A stretch of 53,889 nt of DNA, the filler included, from Squatina squatina (lineage: Eukaryota): assembly GCA_031763465.1 (NCBI GenBank). It is 3 parts of 3 records of this genome, joined end to end, with 100 filler letters (N's around TTAATTAATTAA, not from the genome) between each part and the next. Parts side by side here need not be neighbours in the genome. Positions count along the whole stretch, not along the records: positions 33,790 to 53,889 come from JARFOE010000056.1; 2 more parts are not named here. One strand, written 5' to 3'. Below, in pieces: positions 37,469 through 47,853 of the stretch. A program made the position numbers and the translations under genes. The notes beneath the pieces were generated by a model. That model had not been told where the DNA came from. It was given only the letters and a program-made list of their open reading frames with translations, and made no database searches. Within the stretch, counting starts at the first letter, position 1. Each line of letters starts with the position of its first letter.

Positions 37469-37515
37469 CTGGAAAGAGAAAGAGAATTGTTAGAAATGGA
37501 ATAAAGCCCACACTG

Positions 37516-37877
37516 ACCTTGGCGCACTCTCACCTCAGAGTCGGAAGGTCATGGGTGCAAGCCAGAGATTCGGGTACATANNNNNNNNNNGGCAGACACT
37601 GAGGGAGGGCGACACTGTTGGAGGTGCCTTCTTTTGGATGTTAAACAGAGGCCCTCCATCTGCCTGCACGAGTGGACATGAAAGATCCCATGGCACTATT
37701 CAACGAACCAGTGCTGTTTTTCTGGTGTCCTGGCCAAATTATTCCCTCAGCCCACCCAACCAAAACAGATTATCTGGTCACTTATCTCATTGCTGTTTGT
37801 GGGAGCTTGCTGTGCGTAAATGGGCTGCCCGTTTCCCACATTACAGCAGTGACCACACACCAAAAGTATCTCATTGG
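37516..37877 (+). mobile_element. SacSINE1/Deu-type SINE whose tail resumes at ~38711-38772 after a nested LINE
   Basis: Deu-like GGATGTTAAACAGAGGCCC..AAAGATCCCATGGCACTATT; breaks at CATTGG and resumes ATTGACTGAAGCTTTGGGGCATCCTGAGGTCATGAAAG. Confidence 0.8.
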
Positions 37878-37929
37878 TGGCACAGTAAGTAGTGTAGACA
37901 GGAGCAGAATATGACAGACACTGATCGAC

Positions 37930-38712
37930 TCGAGTGGGTGAAACGGGCAGATGGACCAAAAGAGGATCGATGGGAGGATTATTTAAATGGGGAAAGGCTG
38001 GGAACAGTGGAGGTCCAAAGAGATTGAGGGGTCCCTGTACACAGATCACTAAAACAGTAGCAGTCAGGTACAAACAATACTCACAAAGGTGAACGGAATG
38101 TTGGCCTTTCTAACCAGAAGGCTGCAATATAAAGGGAGGAGGTTTTGCTGCAGTTACACAAAGTCTTGGTTAGACCACATCTGGAGCACTGTGCACAGTT
38201 CTAGGCACCTCACCTTAGAAAGGATATATTGGCCTTGGGACGACAGCAGTGCAGATTCATCAGAACATTACCAGGGCTCCGAGGGTGAGTTTATGAGGAG
38301 AGATTACAGAAACTAGGCTTGTGTTCCCTGGAATACAGAAGGTTGAGGGGTGATGTGGTTGAGGTTCTTTAGGATTTTGAAAGGAATAGGTAGAGAGAAA
38401 CTTTTTCCGCTGGTGGGGAGTTTCGGACAAGGGGGCAGAATCTTAAAATCAGAGCCCGGTCACTCAGGAGAGCAGTGAGGAAAAACTTCACACAAAGGGT
38501 GATAAATGTGTGGAACACTCTCCCACAAAAAGCAGTAGATGCTGGGGCTCAATTAATCATTTTAAATCTGAGATCCATATATTTTTGCTAGACAAGGGTA
38601 TAAAGGGATGTGAAGCCAGGGTGGGTGGGTGGAGTTAAGATACAGACCAACCACAATCTCATTGAATGGCAGAACAGTTTTGAGGGGCTGAATGGCCTCC
38701 TCCTTTTCCTAT
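37930..38712 (+). mobile_element. 5'-truncated CR1-group LINE nested in a SINE
   Basis: NGMLAFLTR..LVRPHLEHCAQF remnants through to the GGGGCTGAATGGCCTCCTCC 3' UTR. Confidence 0.85.
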
Positions 38713-39001
38713 TGACTGAAGCTTTGGGGCATCCTGAGGTCATGAAAGATGCCATGTCAACACAAGCCTTTCAGTTCCAGTGTCCCGGAGTATGAGGAGC
38801 CTGAGAGAGTGTGCTCACTGAGCACGTGTCAAACGCTGGACTGTTGAATATACTCCTGGCTACTAAACATTAACTCAGCGTATTTTGCAGGACACGTTTA
38901 ANNNNNNNNNNNNNNNNNNNNNNNNNNNNNNNNNNNNNNNNNNNNNNNNNNNNNNNNNNNNNNNNNNNNNNNNNNNNNNNNNNNNNNNNNNNNNNNNNNN
39001 N

Positions 39002-39121
39002 AAGGAAAATGCTGCAGATGCTGGAGTATGGACAGAAAATGCTGTAAAAACTCAGGTCAGGCAGCATCTGTGGAGTGGGAAACCGAGTTAACGTTTCAAG
39101 TCAATGACCTTTCATCAGAAC
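39002..39121 (-). mobile_element. Penelope-like element terminal (pLTR) fragment carrying a hammerhead ribozyme core
   Basis: Minus strand GTT-CTGATGA-A-AGGTC-ATT-GACTT-GAAAC-GTT-AAC followed by CCACAGATGCTGCCTGACCTG, resembling the common chondrichthyan Penelope end as I recall it. Confidence 0.75.
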
Positions 39122-39175
39122 AAGCCAAGAGACAAACTGAGATCCCAGTGTCCAGATCAGCGGTAACCCCATTAC

Positions 39176-39564
39176 CTGCAACAGCGGATGGTGCAGCGTT
39201 ACTTCCAGGTGAGCAGCACGGTGCGCGGGGTCGTCACTGCTATCTTGGATTTCCAGGTCCTCCTCAGGAATTGTGTCCCATTTGCCCTGGTGTGCAGCAA
39301 GGTGGTGGACCAACACATATTGTCCAGGCAAGGCCAGACTAATACCGGTCCTCTTTCCATAGGTGAACTTCAGCCGCCTCCTTTTGCAATTCTTTTCGTT
39401 GCCGCCCTTGACGACCGGCAAGAGCCTTTCACCCAACAGACTGTTCAGTACATGACACTTGGCCCCGCAGTTCTGACCCAGGATCATAATGCATGGAAAG
39501 CAGCCAACTGTTGCCTGGAGATACTCCTCTTCATGCCGTGGGAATGTTATGCAGCTCAAAGCAC
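39176..39564 (-). CDS. DSTYK: DSTYK exon 2 equivalent
   Basis: tctctAG acceptor, CAG|GTAAT donor, 389 nt, phase-compatible with the next exon: [49 protein letters not shown]...[19 protein letters not shown]. Exon 1 not visible. Confidence 0.95.
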
Positions 39565-41375
39565 CTAGAGAATAAGCAAAACAGAGAAATTNNNNNNNNN
39601 NNNNNNNNNNNNNNNNNNNNNNNNNNNNNNNNNNNNNNNNNNNNNNNNNNNNNNNNNNNNNNNNNNNNNNNNNNNNNNNNNNNNNNNNNNNTGACAAAGA
39701 CTTGTCTTCGGTTATATGTCACTTGTGCTCGATCTCTCCAATTTTCATTGGCGCAAATGCATCAGTTTCACAGGGCGACCGACTTCAGACAGCCTCTAAA
39801 CAGCTATTTTTAAAGTCTCCATATGAACGGGACCTGGAAAAGCTGATGTCCATGGAAAAAGCAGATGGTTGCTCATCCACTTCTAAGATGATGTACTCAC
39901 TGGCAGAGTTGTCTCCTAACAGTTAGAAATTTAAGGCCGGGATTTTCCTCTGTGGTGGACTTAGTGCCGAAATCACATTTCTACCTGTCAATGTAGCTCC
40001 TCCCAGAATCAGCCCAGTTGTCTGCAGTGCACTCTCATTACATACATACGGTGGATTTCTTGCACTATTCTTTTTTTTAATGGAACTGTTTAAGAATACT
40101 TTAAAAAGCTTAAAAAAGCTAGATACTTGACAAAAGATAAAAAAGGTATTCAAAACTTAAATACACTTTAAAAGAATAAAATTGCTATGGGCCTACAGCA
40201 AGTTTCCCTCGGGCTCTTGTGGCCTTTACTTGTGGACTGTATCTGGCCTACCACACGCAGGCCGCAATGCCTGGTTTGTACAGGCGATGCTTCCCATTGG
40301 CTGTCACTGGATTAGGGGAAGGATACTGGATCCTCCCACAAACCCCCTTGATCTGCCCCATCACCGTCAGCATTTTCATGCAGCAGGGCCAGGACGCAAC
40401 AGTCATTGCTGGAAGGACTGTGGAAAATGATTCAAGCTGGAGATTTGGGATAGAAAATGACAAATTTCCTCATTGGCTGGAAAACAAGTATGAAAATGGA
40501 GGAAAATCTAACCCCAAACATTTAGAATAAGGAAGGGTAAAATTCTTGTTCTCCAAACAAAGTGGTACCCAATGGATCTATTGGACCTCATGAGGACTTT
40601 GTAAACCAAGTTTGATACAATACTAAAGTTCCGTGAGAATACCACCTCTCGGGAGTCTCCCTTCACTCCAGAATCAGGTTGAGCCCATCACTAAATTTGC
40701 AAGTTTAGCCCCACTTAGCTCAGATTAAGATATTTTCCTGTCAGGCCAGTTACACCCATACCTATCAACAGCATTGCAGGCTGTCCAATTGTCTCTTTTC
40801 TGTAGTTACCACCAGCTCCTGGCTTGCACAAGTTTTCTATTGAGTCAGTCTAGGGGGAATCCCATTGACCCAAATGCACTATTTATTTAGCTTACATGTT
40901 TATTTTTGCTTCTGTTTGCAACTTGCATTTTCTCTCCTTCCCCGTGCCATCAACTGTTCCCAGGCTTTGACTGCGACTCTCACTCGTTCTGGTTTTCTTT
41001 CCCCCTCTGTGGGGAAATAGCTGTAGCTCTGTTCAGAACCTACCCACTGACAACACAGCCAGAATTGGAAGATTGCTTTATGGCAAATTGCATGCCGGGC
41101 TGCCAGTGTCCAGCATAAATCGGCATGTTGAGGAGAAAATTAGGGAGAGAAAAAGAACAATGTGTTGACAGAAACAGAACCACAAAAGGGTTGCGTTTGC
41201 TATTGATGAGTATCTGTTTTTATGAGCAAAATGTTAATAAATTAGTACTGGCAATAAGTCTGGAAACAGAACTGCTCTCTGGCCACTTTTGAGGAATGGT
41301 GTCTGGGGAAGTGGGGAGAAAACAAGTCTCCATCTCTGGGCAGAGGATCTAATAATATTTTATTCTCTTTTAAAG

Positions 41376-41726
41376 AAAACCCAGCAGCTATCTGAAGGAG
41401 GCGGTTCAGGTGGTATGTTTGGACATGGTCTGAAGCAGCTTTTCCATCATCGAAAGCGGTCTCGGGAGCGTGATCAGAGTATGCAAGATTCCACTCAACT
41501 TTACCATCATCCTCATGGACACTCTGATCACGACTCTGCAGATGAAAAGGAACGATCTCCCGAGATGCACCGTGTGTCCTACGCTATGTCCCTTCACGAT
41601 CTTCCTGCTCGTCCCACAGCCTTCAACAGAGTGTTACAGCAGATCCGGTCCAGGCCATCCATCAAGAGAGGAGCCAGCCTCCACAGCAGCAGCAGGAGAA
41701 CAAAAAGTGGACCACCCGAAACCCAG
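41376..41726 (+). CDS. TMCC2: Transmembrane and coiled-coil domain family 2, exon 2 equivalent (3' end lost in gap)
   Basis: ttctcttttaaAG acceptor; [32 protein letters not shown]...[50 protein letters not shown], as recalled for the TMCC2-specific N-terminus; divergent from DSTYK as in human. Confidence 0.94.
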
Positions 41727-43361
41727 NNNNNNNNNNNNNNNNNNNNNNNNNNNNNNNNNNNNNNNNNNNNNNNNNNNNNNNNNNNNNNNNNNNNNNNNNN
41801 NNNNNNNNNNNNNNNNNNNNNNNNNNCAGAGAAAATGCTTCCCTTCCCCACACCTCTCCCCAACAGGCTGAACCTGACCGACAATAATCAAGGAACCTGA
41901 AGCACGTGAACTGATACTGATTCTAATCTTCCCAGTTTATTTATATAATGCTGTACAATAAATGTGTGTATGTGTGCGTGCATCTGTTAGATTTTACCTA
42001 CATGTATGGTCGATTATATACATGATAGAGTATTATACATCCGTTATGTATATCTTGTATACATAATACCCGTACACAAATGTACTCGCTTTGCTCCAGA
42101 TTGACGATGACTTGGTCAGAATTTGCTTTCACACAGTTTCTAAGTTAAATTAATTGGATGTTCTCTCACCATAAATCCTGTTACAATCCGAACAAAACTT
42201 CAATTCTTTTCCTAGTCCTTTCCATAAAAACAGTGAAGCTATGGAGCACCACGTAGCATTCCTTTACTCACAGTATATTATTTGCATACGCTAAAAATCA
42301 TTTTTACCTAGTTTTGCGTTGTAGTAATACTACTGTTGTGATCGTGGTGAATAAGGTTAGGTTGAGGTGGTGAATAGAATGCTAGTTTAAATCGTGCAAG
42401 TGTCGTCTTTTGTAGAATTATAGTGAGAGATGCTGTAGTTAAAGACTCCGTCTGTACAATTCATCAAGCATTGCAAAATGGTTCTATTTAAACCAGCAGG
42501 AACCGGTTTCCATCAGCTCTTGTGCTGCAGCATTTGGGAGAAGCAGCCTCTTTTATTTTCCTTAACCACTGCTGGCAGAAGGGATTCCTCGTGTTGAGGG
42601 CTTTCCACTCTAGCAGTGACGATGAGGATCACAGCCCAGCTATTTACTTGATCCATTTTGTGCTTTGTGACACACGGGATACGCAGATGGACCATTCCTC
42701 TGCGGGTGGAAGAATTCTGCTGCTTAATTCATTGTTGGGGACATTTGTGAGTACTACATACTGTATTGATTTATGCATAGGTTTAAACAAAAGCTCCCTA
42801 ATTTGTTGTCTCCGTGCAGCAGCGATGCAGATCTGAGCAACGAGTGCTTGACTGTCAGCTTATAANNNNNNNNNNNNNNNNNNNNNNNNNNNNNNNNNNN
42901 NNNNNNNNNNNNNNNNNNNNNNNNNNNNNNNNNNNNNNNNNNNNNNNNNNNNNNNNNNNNNNNNNAATGCAGGAGGAAGCTCGGAGAAATGTAGAGCATT
43001 AATTGTTACAAAACACTGCTGCTGTTGCCTTTAATGATGTGCAGCTTTTGCAAAACAAATCAAATGCATAAAACATCAACCTCCGTGTTCATTTGAAGTT
43101 GCAGGCCAACCCTTGAAGATAATAGATAAATCAAGTTCAAAGCAGCTCCTTTTTCTATCTTATTTCACTCCATGCAAAGTGATATCTTTAAAGAATAGTG
43201 TAGACACTCTGACAGGCAGCAAGCCGAGCAGTTCACAAGCTTCCTGCGGTGATCTTCTCATCCACACAAAGAAATGTGCCTTGGGAGCTGGCCGGATCAC
43301 AGATAGCTGACATGAGGGGAAAGACACAGGAAGAGAGAAGTGGCTTTTGAGACAATTAGGC

Positions 43362-43445
43362 ATGCCAGGGAATGAGGCGGTGCCATCAACAGTCGACCGA
43401 TGCCACCTGGAGACGGTTAATGCTCTTGCTTTTCACAGCAATACG
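43362..43445 (+). CDS. TMCC2: Candidate alternative first coding exon of TMCC2 (TMCC3-like N-terminus)
   Basis: First in-frame ATG after TGA 43308-43310; MPGNEAVPSTVDRCHLETVNALAFHSNT then a phase-0 ACG|GTAAAA donor compatible with the 45605 acceptor. Confidence 0.6.
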
Positions 43446-43837
43446 GTAAAACCAGATTTTCATCGGTATATTTTTTTTAAATGATCTATTGCTATAAATC
43501 TCCGGAATAAAGAAAGTATATTTTGAATGGTGGAAGGAAAAATTCAGAATTCAACTCGATTGAATGATTCTTTTTCTATTTTGTTGTCGTGACGGCCACT
43601 TCCCACACTCTCGGTAGTTTACACTTGTGCGTTTAGGTTGTAAAATGGAATGATGTTGTCGACAAGCAATTTTACAAATTTTTCCCAGGTTTTCAATTTC
43701 TATTCGTTTAATTCTTGCGTAGAAGTGAAGTGGTAACNNNNNNNNNNNNNNNNNNNNNNNNNNNNNNNNNNNNNNNNNNNNNNNNNNNNNNNNNNNNNNN
43801 NNNNNNNNNNNNNNNNNNNNNNNNNNNNNNNNNNNNN

Positions 43838-43930
43838 AGAAGTACACGTAAATCGCTGTCTCACCTGAAAGGAGTGTGTGGGGCCGTGGACAGTGGGAAG
43901 GGAGGATGTAAAAGGGCAGGTATAGCATCT
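43838..43930 (-). mobile_element. Penelope-like element ORF fragment just upstream of the GIY-YIG endonuclease
   Basis: RCYTCPFTSSLPTVHGPTHSFQVRQRFTCTS fits the CxxC...F-x-C-x-S linker preceding PLE GIY-YIG domains; runs into a gap. Confidence 0.72.
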
Positions 43931-44224
43931 CATCTCATCTCTTCTGCAGCTCATACTCCAGCTCACCAACTCAGAGCCAAAGTTCCTCGAGCTGCAGACA
44001 CTTACTGCAGACGTGGTCACCATGGATCACCCTGGTGTCCAGCCGCTCCCACATGCTGCAGCAGCAACACATCACCGCCGTGCCGTCTCTATTATATTTA
44101 TTTAAGTAATTTGTTTATAATTATTTTTAATGTATATTTACCCCGACTGATTTTAAAAATATTTTCTGGCACTTAGTTTAACAAATGCCCTCCTTTTGAG
44201 GGAGAAAAGAGAAAAAGAAGAGGA

Positions 44225-44434
44225 ATACCCACCAACCAATCACTTACATGCCTTCCTGTGACGTCACTCTTCGATTTTTAAAAATTTATTTCAATCAGAG
44301 CCTCGCGCTGCTCCTTCCCCGTTCTTTATCCTGAGCCTGCTCCCCTGTTCCCCACTCTCTGGGAGATCGCTGCTCCCTCGCTCTTTATCCTGAGCCTGCT
44401 CCTGTGTTCCCCGCTCTCTGGGAGAACGCTGCTC
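44225..44434 (-). repeat. 59-bp tandem repeat running into a gap, probably a LINE 5' UTR
   Basis: CTTTATCCTGAGCCTGCTCC at 44324 and 44383; CGCTGCTC at 44368 and 44427; adjacent GTGACGTCAC and CCAATC motifs. Confidence 0.7.
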
Positions 44435-45081
44435 NNNNNNNNNNNNNNNNNNNNNNNNNNNNNNNNNNNNNNNNNNNNNNNNNNNNNNNNNNNNNNNNNN
44501 NNNNNNNNNNNNNNNNNNNNNNNNNNNNNNNNNNNNNNNNNNNNNNNNNNNNNNNNNNNNNNNNNNNNNNNNNNNNNNNNNNNNNNNNNNNNNNNNNNNN
44601 NNNNNNNNNNNNNNNNNNNNNNNNNNNNNNNNNNNNNNNNNNNNNNNNNNNNNNNNNNNNNNNNNNNNNNNNNNNNNNNNNNNNNNNNNNNNNNNNNNNN
44701 NNNNNNNNNNNNNNNNNNNNNNNNNNNNNNNNNNNNNNNNNNNNNNNNNNNNNNNNNNNNNNNNNNNNNNNNNNNNNNNNNNNNNNNNNNNNNNNNNNNN
44801 NNNNNNNNNNNNNNNNNNNNNNNNNNNNNNNNNNNNNNNNNNNNNNNNNNNNNNNNNNNNNNNNNNNNNNNNNNNNNNNNNNNNNNNNNNNNNNNNNNNN
44901 NNNNNNNNNNNNNNNNNNNNNNNNNNNNNNNNNNNNNNNNNNNNNNNNNNNNNNNNNNNNNNNNNNNNNNNNNNNNNNNNNNNNNNNNNNNNNNNNNNNN
45001 NNNNNNNNNNNNNNNNNNNNNNNNNNNNNNNNNNNNNNNNNNNNNNNNNNNNNNNNNNNNNNNNNNNNNNNNNNNNNNNNN

Positions 45082-45200
45082 CTTCTCTGAACCGCCTCCA
45101 ATGAATTTATATCCTTCCTTAAATACGGGGACCAAAACTGCTCACAGTACTCCAGATGCATTCCCTCTAGTGCCTTGTATAGTTGCAGCAAGAAACTCTA
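45082..45200 (-). mobile_element. CR1-group LINE fragment
   Basis: [35 protein letters not shown]. Confidence 0.88.
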
Positions 45201-45604
45201 TAAAAAAGGAATATTCTTTTTCCTTACTCCATCCTTAAATTTGAAAAAGTCTATTGTAAAAATTATTCCTCATTAAAAAAAAATGCTTCTGGTAGTAGGT
45301 CTGTAACCATCACCATCCAATATCAGCATGTCCGATAAGACAATATTCTTCAGGTGGGACCTAGGTGTGCAATTGGCTCCACATGTGATCTCACACAAGG
45401 TCTTATTACCTGCTGGCACTCACTGATCAGATTGACACATGAATTGATTACTCAACCACCGCACCAAAGGACTACTGGCTTGTGTGGAATCAGACTCCAG
45501 CATGAGTCAGCACTTTCAAGAGATGACGAGAGAGATTTGTAAGGAAAAAAGGGTTTTTATGTATGCTACAAATTGTCGTAACAAACTTTGTCTGCATCTT
45601 TCAG

Positions 45605-45950
45605 CTTGAAAAGGGGGATGTGAGTACACTTGGCCTGCCAGCAAACACCAGCCATGGGGGCTCGGACACCAACATCAGCCTTGACGTGCCCGATGGGACT
45701 CCAGATCCTCATAAGACAAAAGCCGCCATAGACCACCTTCACCAGAAGATCCTGAAAATCACAGAGCAGATAAAAATCGAGCAGACTGCGCGGGATGATA
45801 ACGTAGCAGAGTACTTGAAGCTGGCCAACAATGCAGACAAACAACAAGCCTCGCGTATCAAGCAGGTCTTTGAGAAGAAGAACCAGAAATCGGCACAGAC
45901 CATTGCACAGTTGCACAAGAAGCTAGAACACTACCACAGAAAACTAAAAG
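45605..45950 (+). CDS. TMCC2: TMCC2 exon 3 equivalent, first coiled coil
   Basis: catctttcAG acceptor; [12 protein letters not shown]...[92 protein letters not shown]. Homology ends at AAAG|GTAACA; the 3' boundary is uncertain. Confidence 0.93.
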
Positions 45951-46019
45951 GTAACATTGAGAACTGGAGTTGAATCTAATATTGAAACTAGTTCACTCGA
46001 TTTATTCCCGGGATAAGAG

Positions 46020-46600
46020 GGTTGTCCTAGGACAATTTTTCCAAAATTCTCCAGATTCTGGATCAGTTCCTGTGGATTGGAGGGTAGCTAATGTAACCCC
46101 ACTTTTTAAAAAANNNNNNNNNNNNNNNNNNNNNNNNNNNNNNNNNNNNNNNNNNNNNNNNNNNNNNNNNNNNNNNNNNNNNNNNNNNNNNNNNNNNNNN
46201 NNNNNNNNNNNNNNNNNNNNNNNNNNNNNNNNNNNNNNNNNNNNNNNNNNNNNNNNNNNNNNNNNNNNNNNNNNNNNNNNNNNNNNNNNNNNNNNNNNNN
46301 NNNNNNNNNNNNNNNNNNNNNNNNNNNNNNNNNNNNNNNNNNNNNNNNNNNNNNNNNNNNNNNNNNNNNNNNNNNNNNNNNNNNNNNNNNNNNNNNNNNN
46401 NNNNNNNNNNNNNNNNNNNNNNNNNNNNNNNNNACCCAAGTTTCTCACTCTCAAACTGAATACAAAATTCTATCATGTTATGATCACTACTTCCTAGGGG
46501 ATCTTTTACTTTGAGGTCTTTTATTAAACCTGCCTCATTACCCATTGCCAGATCTAAGATAGCCTGTTCCCTGGTTGGCTCCATAATGTATTGCTCTAGG
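46020..46600. mobile_element. CR1-group LINE fragments in opposite orientations across a gap
   Basis: + strand FQNSPDSGSVPVDWRVANVTPLFKK; - strand EPTREQAILDLAMGNE..PLGSSDHNMIEF (APE endonuclease SDH motif). Confidence 0.85.
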
Positions 46601-47282
46601 ACCGAAGAACCGAACGCACAATCCTGGCCATCTATACTTCAGCCTTTACCAATATGGTGGGTGGCGCACCTCCAGTGAGGAATTTGCCCGCGCATGCCCG
46701 CCCACCTTATTGAATACTTAAATACCCATTTTATGCCCGTAAAACAGGAGCGACAATGAATTTCTGGGTCACCAATTCAGGACGCCCAGCATGTTTTAAT
46801 CCATTTTCAGGACCTGTAGGGAAAATTTCTATCTTCCTTCTGCTTCAGCCCTACACCTCTTTATACCTGTAGGATCAGAAATCTGTCCACTTGCTGTTCA
46901 CTTACTATTTCCAACCTTAGCAATGCCCACATTATGGGTCTTAGCCTATTATCTGGATTGCACAATTTAGAAAAAGCAAGTACTTGAATACTGAAAATAT
47001 GTCAGTGCTCCCTCCCAAGGACTCAGTAAGTAATGTAAGCTTTCAGGTTTGATTCCTAATCTCCGCAGAGTTGCCCAATATCAGCTGGGTTGCCATGGGG
47101 TCCATCAACATTCAGCCATTTATAGCATAGAAGGAGACTATTAAGCCCATCGTATCTGTACCAGCTTTTTACTAGGGAAATTCAAAACAAATCCCACTGC
47201 TCAGTATTCTCCCCCATAGCCCTGTAATTTCCTCTTCATCAAGTATTGACTAAATTTTCACTTAAAAGATGCAATGGTGGTT

Positions 47283-47853
47283 GCCCCCACCCGTCTGTCA
47301 CTGCTCCTGGCAATTGTGAATGACCTTAGCATGCAGGAGAAAGGGAAGTGTGTGAGTGAGTGAGTTTGGATGATGTGCCTGCCATAGTTGAATAGCTGTC
47401 AGTGTGTTCAAGGTGTGAAACGTGGATGTGAGTGTTGCAGCAGTGGTAAGGTTGTGAGAGTGAAATGAAGTGAAGCTATTATTGTGAGGTCTGAGTGGTG
47501 AAAGGGAGAGATTGTCGGTAGGTGAATGAAGGGGGTGTGGTGCATTGAGTATTGCATGAAGCTAGTGGTGCAGATGGTGGGATATAGCATTTGTTGCAGC
47601 CTTCGCTCACCTTGACCTGCTGTGTGAGGTCATTAAACTTCTTGCGGATTTGTATCCAAGATCTGGGGACCACACTGTTGGCCGTCAGGTAAGCAGCTAT
47701 CTCCTGCCAGGGCCTTCGAGACGTATAGGCCAATGGCTTCCTACCAGTCTGCAGGAGAAGGACAACCGGCCTCCTCTACACGGCCACCACCAGTGCCTCC
47801 AGAGTAACATCTGAGAACCGACTAGCTCTTTCCCTCTGCTGCTGCTCAGCCAT
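47283..47853 (-). pseudogene. PIF/Harbinger Myb/SANT-like (NAIF1/MSANTD-type) DNA-binding gene relic with intron
   Basis: Exon 47853-47611 MAEQQQRERASRFSDVTLEALVVAV*RR...WQEIAAYLTANSVVPRSWIQIRKKFNDLTQQVK|GTGAG; second piece 47330-47283 AKVIHNCQEQ*QTGGG. Two stops and a CAG>CAT acceptor. Confidence 0.8.

Noticed and set aside
33137-39564. DSTYK-DNAH7 fusion gene
   Set aside because: The junction crosses the artificial TTAATTAATTAA linker.
44306-44434. CRISPR-like array
   Set aside because: Whole 59-bp units repeat with no unique spacers, no cas genes, eukaryotic context.
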